A stretch of DNA of 64,000 nucleotides, taken from the IMG/VR virus record IMGVR_UViG_3300032007_000041; one strand, 5' to 3'. Shown piece by piece: positions 49,534 to 60,000 of this stretch. The stretch comes from an uncultured virus (IMG/VR IMGVR_UViG_3300032007_000041) (lineage: Duplodnaviria > Heunggongvirae > Uroviricota > Caudoviricetes). The notes under the pieces were generated by a model. That model did not search any database. It had not been told where the DNA came from and saw only the letters and a list, made by a program, of their open reading frames with translations. How positions within the stretch are numbered: the stretch's first letter is position 1; every line of letters starts with the position of its first letter. Made by a program: the position numbers and the translations under genes.

Positions 49534-51918
49534 TTATTCAACTTTAGATGTAGAAATTGTACCATCATCGGCTACTACCAAACGATATTTTGTACCATTA
49601 GCAGAACTTAATACAACAGAAGTTGCATTATCAGTTTTCTTTGCATAATTAGCTAATTCTGTCTTTGTAGCAAATGAAGATTGAGCACTTTGTAAATCTG
49701 CAACATCTGTAGCTTTTGCATAATCAACAAGCGTATTTGTAAGAGTTGCTTTTGAAACCACGTCTGCCGTTTTTGCATAAGAAGCAAGTTTCATATCAAC
49801 AGAACTTTTAAGAGCTACATTTGTATCAATAAAGTCTTTATCATAAACATCTGCTACATTTGCTTTAGAATCAATTAATGTAGATTTAGCATATTTACTT
49901 AATTTTGTATCTAAATCTGTCTTAGTAACATAAGCATCTAAATCTGTATCATCTGCTTTTGTAGAAAGTAAATTAATTAATTCTGCTTTGTTACCTTTAT
50001 CTGCTAATTTAGCATCAATATCATCTTTTGTATATACATCGGCAACTTTAACTGCTTGTGTTTGAAGTACATTAAAATCTGCTTTTGTAACATAGTTACT
50101 TAATTTACTATCAATAACTGCGGAAGAATAATATTGTGCTTTATCTGCTTTTTCATTTAAAGCTGTATTAACTGCGGTTGTATCAGCTTTAGAACTTAAC
50201 AATGTATCAACAGAAGTCTTTGTATATACATTATTAGATTTTGCATAGTTGTTCAATGTAGCAACAACATCATCTGATTTTGCATAGGGTAATAACTGAC
50301 TAGCTATTTCCACTTTAGTATATACTTTATTCAAATCAGCTTTATTTGTTAATTTAATATCAACATCATCTTTTGTATATACATCTGCTACATTTGCTTT
50401 CGTTGCAAATAATCCATCTGCACTAGTCTTATCATATACATCTGCTACATTTGCCTTATCGTTAAGAGCAGTATCTACTTCATCTTTCTTATACGTATTT
50501 AAAGCAAGAGCGAATTTACCATCTGCTTCTGTCTTTGTATAAGTCGTAGCTACATCTGCTTTTAATGTTAAGAAACCATCAACATCTATTTTATTATATA
50601 CATCTAATGTATTGGCTTTTAGTGCAAGAGCATTATCTACTTCTGACTGTGTGTAAACAGTAGAAATATCTGCTTTATTCAATAAAAGACCATCTACTTC
50701 AGATTTTGTATAAGTAGTTGCCTTATCTGCTTTATCAGCTAATAAAGTATCTGCTTGTGTTTTATCATAAACGGAAGTAATATCTGCTTTATTATTTAAT
50801 AAGGCATCAGCGTCAACTTTACTATATACATCTGCAACATTGGCTTTTTTTAACATTGACATATCGGTTTCTGCTTTTGTATAAGCGTCGCCAACATTAG
50901 CTTTACCCATCAACTTAGCGTCAATCTGTGCTTCTGTATACAGTACATTAATGTCCATTTTTCCTGCAAGCATTTCATCAATTGACTTACGAGAATAAGT
51001 AAACTTATCATCAATCTTATTCTTTAACATATCGTCAATATCTGCTTTGTTGTATACATCATCAGAATTTGCTTTTAATGCAATTGCAGAAATACGTGGG
51101 TCATTATCACCAATAGCAATTGGGTCAAATGCATTAGCTGGTTCAACAGAAAGTTTTACAACACCTTTAGCAGAAGCCGTAGCATCTTTTAAAGTACCAT
51201 CAATATTGACATAGGAAACAAATTCATTCCATGTAGAACCATCATTAGTAAATTCCCAAGAACCTTTCTTTTCGTTATAACGTAATCCTACAGAATTTTC
51301 GTCACCACGGTTTACAGAAATTCCAACATTTGCAGTTGGTTCACCTGTTTGTGCTTGATTTAAAATAAATGTTGCCGTATTTGTACCTTTAATATTATCA
51401 AGTTTTAAATCAAGTTTATCCAAATCTGCATAAGTAGCTTTATCTGCTAATGTTTCTTTTAAATTAGTAATAGCAGAAATTGGATGGCAATTTGGTAAAT
51501 CTGTATTCTCTAATAAACTATGGTCACCAGGATATGAGCCACTAGACATAAATGGACGAATATCAAAAATCATATCATTTGTGATTTTTGCAGTCGTAGC
51601 TTTTAAATAAATAGCAGCTAATGGTAAATAATCTTTTGGAACGACAGGTACTTCAGGTTTTGAATCTGGTTTACCTTCTACAACAGATAATGTACCTTGC
51701 TTATTTAAACAAATAACAACCCATTCATTATTTGTTGCAGGAGCTTTAATAACAGGAGAAGTACCACCTTCATATTCAACAATCTTCATACCTTCGGTAT
51801 AAAAAGAACCTTCGTTAATAGCAACTGTCATATTTGGGTCTGCTTGTGCATAAACACGTAATTCTTCTGTAAAAGCACCTATTTTACGATAATTGCTACC
51901 TGAAACTGGTTTATTCAT
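49534..51918 (-). CDS. Fibre protein with ~19-aa tandem repeats
   Basis: About 19 copies of KA(N/D)..DVYTK.E.D..L; C-terminal SANGTKYRLVVADDG motif typical of trimeric phage fibres. Confidence 0.75.
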   Translation of the reverse strand: MNKPVSGSNYRKIGAFTEELRVYAQADPNMTVAINEGSFYTEGMKIVEYEGGTSPVIKAPATNNEWVVICLNKQGTLSVVEGKPDSKPEVPVVPKDYLPLAAIYLKATTAKITNDMIFDIRPFMSSGSYPGDHSLLENTDLPNCHPISAITNLKETLADKATYADLDKLDLKLDNIKGTNTATFILNQAQTGEPTANVGISVNRGDENSVGLRYNEKKGSWEFTNDGSTWNEFVSYVNIDGTLKDATASAKGVVKLSVEPANAFDPIAIGDNDPRISAIALKANSDDVYNKADIDDMLKNKIDDKFTYSRKSIDEMLAGKMDINVLYTEAQIDAKLMGKANVGDAYTKAETDMSMLKKANVADVYSKVDADALLNNKADITSVYDKTQADTLLADKADKATTYTKSEVDGLLLNKADISTVYTQSEVDNALALKANTLDVYNKIDVDGFLTLKADVATTYTKTEADGKFALALNTYKKDEVDTALNDKANVADVYDKTSADGLFATKANVADVYTKDDVDIKLTNKADLNKVYTKVEIASQLLPYAKSDDVVATLNNYAKSNNVYTKTSVDTLLSSKADTTAVNTALNEKADKAQYYSSAVIDSKLSNYVTKADFNVLQTQAVKVADVYTKDDIDAKLADKGNKAELINLLSTKADDTDLDAYVTKTDLDTKLSKYAKSTLIDSKANVADVYDKDFIDTNVALKSSVDMKLASYAKTADVVSKATLTNTLVDYAKATDVADLQSAQSSFATKTELANYAKKTDNATSVVLSSANGTKYRLVVADDGTISTSKVE

Positions 51919-52145
51919 AGTATTGTTTCACCTCTACTTATATATCTATAAATGATTTCTTTGTCTATGAAAATATCATAGAAGATAATTCCTTACGAAT
52001 AAAATGAACGGTATTCACCGTATTTTTCATTCCTACAAAGTATATATATCTTTTTATTTTTATAATTTTTATATTTATACGCATAATAATTATCATTGAA
52101 TATAAAAAACGATATTACATTTTTACGTAATATCGTTAAAAATAT

Positions 52146-52508
52146 TTATTGTTTTTTTATAGAATCTGAAATAGCACTTACAACACTACCATCTTCCATT
52201 TGTAATTCATAAACTTGTTTATAATTTTTTTCAAATGGTCCAAAAACAACAGTAGCTTGTTTTTTACGATAAATAACAATATCTCCAATATCAAATAATT
52301 TAATTGGCTTTTTTTTCTTCTTCATCGTTGTGGCTTTTGCTTTTATTTGTTTAGATGGCATTTGATTATTATCTAAATTATTTAAAATATCATCGTCATT
52401 GAAATTAAATGAATTGTTATTTTTTTCTTCTTCATCATATTCATATGAATAATTTTCGTTATTTGAATATACATCTTCTTTATTATAATTGTCATTTTGT
52501 AGAAACAT
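52146..52508 (-). CDS. Hypothetical protein with an acidic N-terminus and SH3/KOW-like C-terminus
   Basis: GGAGG RBS; FDIGDIVIY...ATVVFGP...YELQMEDG. Confidence 0.6.
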   Translation of the reverse strand: MFLQNDNYNKEDVYSNNENYSYEYDEEEKNNNSFNFNDDDILNNLDNNQMPSKQIKAKATTMKKKKKPIKLFDIGDIVIYRKKQATVVFGPFEKNYKQVYELQMEDGSVVSAISDSIKKQ

Positions 52509-52590
52509 TCTATTTCCTCCATATTATTATCATATATATTGTATCACCACAAAAATATATTTTCATATAGTATTTTATAACAGATATATA

Positions 52591-52770
52591 AAAATACCAA
52601 CAAATAAATTTATTTGTTGGTATTTTAGAATATTATAACAAAGAAAGAGGTACAAAACTCTTTATATGGAGTATAGAAAGCTCTTCTTTAAAATAGGAAT
52701 GATGTTCTGTGTCAACATCATATGGATAACATCATGGACAATATGAATTGTTACCTACTTCCCATTTGTT
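52591..52770 (-). ncRNA. Candidate small RNA (~170-180 nt)
   Basis: Lies between a consensus promoter and a 36-bp palindromic terminator; internal stems; no RBS-led ORF. Confidence 0.55.
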
Positions 52771-52776
52771 ATCCAT

Positions 52777-52805
52777 ATTATACAATAAAAATAAAAACTC
52801 GTCAA
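52777..52805 (-). promoter_or_regulatory. Consensus SigA promoter whose -35 lies in the upstream terminator hairpin
   Basis: TTGACG-17 bp-TATAAT; hairpin AACTCGTCAAGC...GCTTGACGAGTT at 52796-52827. Confidence 0.75.
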
Positions 52806-52832
52806 GCATTTTTTTGCTTGACGAGTTAATTA

Positions 52833-53075
52833 TCAACGAACGTCTGCTACACTAGCAACCTTCTGATTATCTGTAAGAATATCTTTTTCTTTAAGGAAGT
52901 CATAAAGTGATTCCATTGTGATATTATCACCATTTAAAGCAAAATAATTAATAGCATCATTTACCATTTCATCTGTTGGGTCAACACCCATCATCTGTAG
53001 CATTTCCTTTACAGAAGTGTTATCATTTACCATAGCACAAATACTGCGACCATGAATTAAATTCATATCATTCAT
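52833..53075 (-). CDS. Small protein with a degenerate EF-hand-like segment
   Basis: EMLQMMGVDPTDEMVNDAINYFALNGDNITMESLYDFL. Confidence 0.55.
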   Translation of the reverse strand: MNDMNLIHGRSICAMVNDNTSVKEMLQMMGVDPTDEMVNDAINYFALNGDNITMESLYDFLKEKDILTDNQKVASVADVR

Positions 53076-53092
53076 TTATAATTCACCATTCC

Positions 53093-55108
53093 TTATTTCT
53101 TTAAATAAATATGGTCATTCCCGACTGCATATTCTTGACCACAATGTTTACAAACAACACCAGTTAAACTAGCAACCTTTTGTATACCTTGTAATGATTT
53201 TTTAGCATTGCAAATTGGACATTGTTGATTTACAAATTTATCTACATCATCAGGACTATCCAATGTAACAATTACAGGCATATCTGTTGGTTCTTCTTCA
53301 ACCACTACTGCTTTTTCATCATCAGGAAGTTCTTCAACAACTTCTTCAACAGGTGCATCAGTTTCAATTTCCACTTCATCTGTTGGAGTTTCGTCATCTA
53401 CTTTAATGACTTCATCTTCTACTTCAGGAGTATCAATTTCTTCTTCTCCTGCTCCTTGTGGGTCTTGTTCAACCATATCCACAAGTTCATCATGCGAAGG
53501 AACATCGTTTAAAGCTTCATCAACAACGTCCATTTCCTTATCAATATCATCTAAGAAATATTCATTTAATTTAGCTCTATCAGACATTTTAGAAAGGTCT
53601 AATTCATGTTCTCTATCAATTACTTTTTGAGTAGCTTTTTCAGATTCATTAAAATGTTTTACTTCTTCATCTTGACTATTTAAATCATAAGCATCATTTT
53701 CAGGAGAAGTATATGCGTGTTGTGCTTCTGTATATGCTTTTCTCTTTTTCTTACCAAAGATTCCACCAAACTGCTCTGCATTATTTAAATCACGGCTATC
53801 TGCATCATTTGACGGTGGTTCGGATGGCATTATACGCATATTAGACATATCATCACCTGCAACAGATTCATCATATCCAGGTAAATCTGTCATATTTATT
53901 CCACCTTCAGGAATATCTGCAATCAAACGATGTTTGCATTTTACATCTTTCTTAGAATTCCTAGAATCAAATGTTCCATTTTCTCCCTGTGATTGTTGTT
54001 GCGCCCAATCAAAAGCATTGCCAATAGCATCTCCAACTGCTCCAACTCCATCAGAAATTGCATTACCAATATCTTGGAAACCTGTTGAACCAGTATCTCC
54101 TGACCAATCATCAGCTTTTTTATCCATAGCAGAAATTTTCTTTTCCAATTTCTTAACTTTTGCTAAGAGACGATTATAACTAGCTTTAGATACAAAATTA
54201 TCTGTATCAAAAGGAACTTCTTCAGGAGCAACGTCTCCATCATTAGCATTATGTTGATACTTATCCGTTCCTGCTTCCTCAATTGTTTCATGTGGTTCAC
54301 CTGAAATATCATCAATTCCTTCATGTGGTTCGCCTGAAACATCTTCTATACCTTCGTTAATAGAAGCAGTAGTAGATTGTTCTTGTTGATTTTCTCCACT
54401 ATTTGTAGTATCTGTAGAGGTATTTTCTTGTCCTTCTTCAGTAGCTTGTGGCTGACCATCTTCTAAATCTGCTACTTTAGCTAACTCATTTTCAAATTCT
54501 ACATCATTAGAACCTGCATTATTTTGATATTTATCTGTGCCTGCTTCTTCAATTCCTGTATGTGGTCTACCAACAATATCCTGTATACCTTCATGTGGTT
54601 CGCCTGAAATATCTTCTACACCTTTATTAATTGAATCACTAACATCTTGTATCTGGTCAGTTGGAACACCAAATCCACCAATTTCGCTTTCCATACCGTC
54701 ATTATCAGTAGGCATATCTTCATTTTCAGCAGTTTTATCCAAATCAAAATAATTTGATTTACTTGCTTCAACATCACCACTACCATCATCTTCTGTAATA
54801 GTTTGTGAATCTGTTGAATCGTTACCATCGTCTGCTAATTTTGTTTTACTAGCCACAACGGAATCTTTATTTAATTCATCATTAACCTGCTCAATAGATT
54901 TAACGCCATCCATTGACATAACTTCATTAGCTTGGTCATTATATAAAACTGCACCATCATCTGTAAGATTTACATAATATGTTTCATTCTTCCATGTAAC
55001 TGTTGGAAGATTTTTAACATTTTTTGTGGCAACTTTTTTGTTTTGAATCTTATTAACAAAACTGTCCAACCAAGAAGGAAGTGTACCACTATTTTTTTCA
55101 ATCCTCAA
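53093..55108 (-). CDS. Large acidic repeat protein with a C-terminal zinc ribbon (candidate inner-head/scaffold polyprotein)
   Basis: Duplicated G.ED.SGEPHEGI.DI.G.PH..IEEAGTDKYQ.NA block; CPIC...CKHC. Confidence 0.75.
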   Translation of the reverse strand: MRIEKNSGTLPSWLDSFVNKIQNKKVATKNVKNLPTVTWKNETYYVNLTDDGAVLYNDQANEVMSMDGVKSIEQVNDELNKDSVVASKTKLADDGNDSTDSQTITEDDGSGDVEASKSNYFDLDKTAENEDMPTDNDGMESEIGGFGVPTDQIQDVSDSINKGVEDISGEPHEGIQDIVGRPHTGIEEAGTDKYQNNAGSNDVEFENELAKVADLEDGQPQATEEGQENTSTDTTNSGENQQEQSTTASINEGIEDVSGEPHEGIDDISGEPHETIEEAGTDKYQHNANDGDVAPEEVPFDTDNFVSKASYNRLLAKVKKLEKKISAMDKKADDWSGDTGSTGFQDIGNAISDGVGAVGDAIGNAFDWAQQQSQGENGTFDSRNSKKDVKCKHRLIADIPEGGINMTDLPGYDESVAGDDMSNMRIMPSEPPSNDADSRDLNNAEQFGGIFGKKKRKAYTEAQHAYTSPENDAYDLNSQDEEVKHFNESEKATQKVIDREHELDLSKMSDRAKLNEYFLDDIDKEMDVVDEALNDVPSHDELVDMVEQDPQGAGEEEIDTPEVEDEVIKVDDETPTDEVEIETDAPVEEVVEELPDDEKAVVVEEEPTDMPVIVTLDSPDDVDKFVNQQCPICNAKKSLQGIQKVASLTGVVCKHCGQEYAVGNDHIYLKK

Positions 55109-55217
55109 TTTACATTCACAACCTTTTATTATAAAATTATCAGTATATTTACAGTATTATTTTATTATTTTTTCTTAATTACCTAAAAAAGAAATAGATT
55201 AATTTTTTTAAATTATA

Positions 55218-55406
55218 TTATTTTTCGCTTAACAATCTCCATTCATTATTATCTATTGGTTCTTCAAATTTATATTCAGGAGTATATTTACTATTTTCTA
55301 TTTCTTCATTATTAAGTATCATATCTTCATAAGTATTATTTTCTAGCCCTATTTGCATAGGAATTTCTCTATGAGTAATTGGTTTTGATATTAGTCTTTT
55401 TTTCAT
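55218..55406 (-). CDS. Hypothetical protein
   Basis: 62 aa, GGGTGA RBS, MKKRL start. Confidence 0.6.
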   Translation of the reverse strand: MKKRLISKPITHREIPMQIGLENNTYEDMILNNEEIENSKYTPEYKFEEPIDNNEWRLLSEK

Positions 55407-55412
55407 TAAATA

Positions 55413-55775
55413 TCACCCATTTATAAATTCAGAATCTCCCAGTGATAATGGTTTCATTTTTAATGTCATATCTTGTGATTTTTCTTTTAATAAGTCTATT
55501 TTACTAAGTACCAATTGTTTTTCCCTTGCAAAGTCTTCTGCATAATTAACGCCTTTTAATGCAATCGCCAATTCACAAAAAAATTCAAATGATTCTTCAA
55601 ATGATGTTCCATCATATAAAGAAGATGTATCATATGTATCTATTGCAACAATAGAATACATTGGCTTATTATTTAAAAGACGAACGGAATACTGATAATA
55701 TATTCCTCCTTCAGTCATAAAACCATTTAATTCCATTATTGGTTTAGAATACATATTTTTTGCTAAACGTTTCAT
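55413..55775 (-). CDS. Hypothetical protein
   Basis: 120 aa, MKRLAK start, abuts the upstream stop. Confidence 0.65.
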   Translation of the reverse strand: MKRLAKNMYSKPIMELNGFMTEGGIYYQYSVRLLNNKPMYSIVAIDTYDTSSLYDGTSFEESFEFFCELAIALKGVNYAEDFAREKQLVLSKIDLLKEKSQDMTLKMKPLSLGDSEFING

Positions 55776-56753
55776 TTATTTCCATTCATCCCCCATCTGA
55801 AATAGCCCATGCACATGATAACAAGTTCCATTGTTCGATTGATGTTGTAAATTACATACTATGTTATGTTTTTGTTCTTTCTTTAAATCAAAATCTTTAT
55901 CAAATATTGATTTTTTCGTAGTAATCGCTTGTTCACAAGAACATGATGTTAATCTACCGTCTAATTCAATATAACAATAATTTTGGAAAATTGGACATTT
56001 TTCACCACAATATTCATTGTGTTGTAAAAAACTTAATCTTTCCCCTTTTATATTATCTATCAAAAACTTAGATAGTTCTTTATCAAAATATAAACAGGAA
56101 GCTACATTTTTAACTGTTTCTTCTGCATTATAATCTCTACGAACATAAGATATAACTAGATTATTGCCATACTTTTTATGTATTTTATAATATAAATGTT
56201 CTATTAACTGTTTATAATCTTTTGTTTTTTGTTTGTCTAACAAAAGATTAAATTCCAATTCAACAAATTTATAAGAATTAGCCATTCTAACTAATCTATC
56301 AATATGTTCAATATACTTTCTTGGATTACGTAAAAATGTTTCATAATGTGCAGAACAACATATTAATATTGGCATATGTAATGTAGCAATTTCACAACAT
56401 TCTTTAAAAAACTTTTCATCATTTCCATTTGTCATAATATTAACTAAACATTTTGGTTTTAAATAATCTAATGCGAAAAACAAGTCTTTATAACATGAAG
56501 GTTCTCCACCTATAAATGTTAATTGTTGTAATCCATGAATTTGGTTTTTTATAAAATCACAAACTTTTTTTGTTTCCTCATGTGTCATATTTCTATAATA
56601 TTCTTTATAAGTATGACGATTCAAACAGTAAGAGCATCTTTCATTACACACATTGCCAAAATACCATTCTACTTGATATTTTTTATACCTAGAATGATAA
56701 ACAACATTATAACTTTTAAAATGAATTTTTTTTATTTTTCTATAACGTTTCAT
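55776..56753 (-). CDS. Radical SAM protein
   Basis: CNERCSYC, IGGEP, MTNG, SAH; C-terminal Cys cluster. Confidence 0.88.
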   Translation of the reverse strand: MKRYRKIKKIHFKSYNVVYHSRYKKYQVEWYFGNVCNERCSYCLNRHTYKEYYRNMTHEETKKVCDFIKNQIHGLQQLTFIGGEPSCYKDLFFALDYLKPKCLVNIMTNGNDEKFFKECCEIATLHMPILICCSAHYETFLRNPRKYIEHIDRLVRMANSYKFVELEFNLLLDKQKTKDYKQLIEHLYYKIHKKYGNNLVISYVRRDYNAEETVKNVASCLYFDKELSKFLIDNIKGERLSFLQHNEYCGEKCPIFQNYCYIELDGRLTSCSCEQAITTKKSIFDKDFDLKKEQKHNIVCNLQHQSNNGTCYHVHGLFQMGDEWK

Positions 56754-56754
56754 T

Positions 56755-57018
56755 TTATCTTCCTATCCAACGCAAAGAAGAAGCCCACGGACCAGGAATA
56801 CCAGGACGTGGGCTTGTATCTCTTTGGTCATTATCATAATCAACCAAATTGGTAGGATTTATAAGAAACGTCTTAGCATCATTATTTGTATGTTCTTTTA
56901 ACTCATAATTTTTATGTCCTTTGTCATAAAAATCTTTTTCATTATCTTCTATAATACGGCGATATTCTTTTTCAAGTTCGTCCATATCCAATTCAGATAA
57001 TTTGACTAAACGTTTCAT
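56755..57018 (-). CDS. Hypothetical protein
   Basis: 87 aa, AAGGGG RBS, MKRL start. Confidence 0.65.
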   Translation of the reverse strand: MKRLVKLSELDMDELEKEYRRIIEDNEKDFYDKGHKNYELKEHTNNDAKTFLINPTNLVDYDNDQRDTSPRPGIPGPWASSLRWIGR

Positions 57019-57040
57019 AACAAAACCCCTTATTTAATTT

Positions 57041-60000
57041 TTAATAACGATTTAATTTTTTATTAAATTCATCTAATTGTTCAAAATTATCCACTTGATT
57101 TAATTCCTTCTGTAACAAATCGACTCTAGTTTTGGAAATTTTATTTTTTCCAATTAATGAACTTAAACGATATTGTGCTTTTGAATGAAGTTGTTTAAAA
57201 TATTCTTTTGATTTACCATCAGAAATATTTTTAATATCTTTACTATCACTATCTTGTATATGATATTCTTTTGGTATTGCCAATCCATTTATTTGTGCTT
57301 TCTTAAATTGGTTATCAATTGCTTCTTTATCATAAGCATTCAAATCACTTAATGAAAGTAATTCTTCAAAACTATATTGACTAGCATATTTATCACTATT
57401 TATTTTGCTAATCTTATTAGTTTTTTCCCATTTACTAATTGTGTTTAAAATATCTTTTTCATTAGCAATTTTTTTCATCTTATTAAGCATTTCTCGCTTA
57501 GATAAAATAATATTGTGTTTTTCATGCTTATTAGAAGAATATTCATTATATGTTTTGTTAATTGTAGAAAGTTCAAATAAACTATCTAAATCCTTTTCAC
57601 TTTCTGTATTTACCAAACCATTTTCAATTCCCATATCAAATTTAGCAGTTATACTCAAACCATTATTTTTATTGAAAATTTGTGCAGTACAACGCACATT
57701 ATTTTCATCCATTTTAATAGAATCAAATTTAATACATTCTAAATGTTTTGGTAAAGCATTTGAAAATTGTGATTTAAATTCAGATACAGTTAATCTCTTT
57801 TCTACATTTCTCGTATCTGTATCATCTATATATTCTGCTTCTAATTCTTTATCTGCTACTTTATTTGCTTTACTTAAATTATCCTCTTTTAATCCTTCTG
57901 ATACATTTAAATTACTACTACGCATTAAATCTTCAAAAGATTGTTCAGAAGCATATAATGTACTTGAAATTTTAGTAATAACATTCTTTTTAACTAATTC
58001 ATCAATCATTATATCTATATTTTCTTCAGGAAGAATGTTAAATAATTTTTCATGAAAATTTCTCTTAGAAATAATTACTTTGTTATGGCTATCAGAATTG
58101 TTTTCTTTTAAATAAGCACTTAGCATTTTGCTATTTTTAAAACGATTTGCTAAATCTTTAATTTCAATCATTTTATCATTAATTTTGCAATAAACATGTT
58201 CATTATCAATTTTAGCAACAATATTACGTTTCTTATTATCTTTTGCTTTAAATGCAATTATCATATTCTGATTATCTAACATAGTTAAATCAAAATCATT
58301 TAAATATTTACCAATTAAATTATATGCTTTAACAAAATGTTGTTCTTTTTTATCTAATGCTTCTTGTGTTCTTGTATCATTATCAGAAATATAATGTCTT
58401 ACTAATTCAGACAATGTAGTTCTATTTGCTTTTTCTAAATTGTATGTTTTTAAATTTTTATCTATATCTTTTGTATAAGAATTTAAAAGATTATTAAATG
58501 ATGTATTTGCAACATACGTATTAGAATTAATCTTTGCAATTTTTTTACTATTGACTAAATCATTAATTAATTGATTCGTTTGTTCTTTTGTTAAATAATC
58601 TTTTAAATTATTTACAAATTGTTTATGACTAATAATGATTTTTTTGTCTTTAGAAATATCTACATCTGTATCTTTTACATATGCACTAAGTAATTTACTG
58701 CGTGTAAACATAGTTTTTAATTCATCTAAATTTACATACTTAGTTCCTGCTTTACAAAGAATATTGCCTTTTTTAATATATCCTGATACAATTCTCTTTT
58801 TATTATTGCTATTAATAAAAGATAACACGAACTTATCTTTACTAAGCATTTTTACGTCACAATTTTTAAATTTATGATTAACCTGTGCTACAACTGCTTC
58901 TTTATATGCTTCAATATTTTTAATTGCTTGTTGTGTTCGTGTATCATTATCTTTTGTTTCATAAGAATAGAACTTATCATCATTACCAAAACGAATTTTT
59001 GCTTGCTTAATGTTTTCTATCTCATTCTTACTTCTAAATTTTGTTCCACGAACCAATTCAGACAATGATTTATTAGAAGCATATGTTGTTGAATTAAGTT
59101 TCGTAACTAAATTATTTTCTTCCCAATCTTGAATCATCTGATTGATATTTTCAGAAGAAATATAATTATGCAACTGCGCTTTTAATTCTTTAGCAGAATA
59201 TACATATCCACCTGCAATCTGATTATCTTTACCGTTCAGATATTCTTTAATTTCTTTATCATCGTTACCAAATTTTTGTAATAATTGTGCTACAGTAAAT
59301 CGATTCATTTGTTCATCTTCAATATACTGCAATTTAGCTACTTTTTCATTTTCAATATTAAAAACAAATCCATAACTATCTCTCATATTATTATGATTGA
59401 TAACTGATGTTATATATAAATTATCATTATCTCTACTAGCATTAACCATTTTATATACATTAAATGTACGATTAATAATATTACTAGCTTCAATTGCCAA
59501 ACGATTTGCAGATTTATTTTCGTAACTAGCTTTTGCTACACGATTATTTACAAATTCAGCAGTATGTGATACTTCACCTACAAATTGTTCTCTTGTATCA
59601 GGGAATAAATAATTTATATCATACGTGGAAGCATATTCATTACTACCAATAGCAACAATATTTCCCTCTTTTACATTTTTTTCAATAAGTTCTTTGGCTA
59701 AACTTAAACGATTATTACAACGTTGTAAAATTTCATATCGTGTCATAACAGTATATTGGTATGACGCTTGTTTTACTTTTGTTGGTTTATTTAAATCTAC
59801 TGTTTGACTATCTTCTATGGAATCTTCTAATCCCGCTTCACTATATGGGTATTCATTAATGATACTAGCAATTTTAGTTGTAAATGTTTTATTTGCAACA
59901 ATTTTACCATTATCATCATTGTACGTAAATGTATATTCCAATGGATTATTTAAAAGAGTTGCTTTAATAACAACTTTATCATTATCCACAGAAGCATTTG

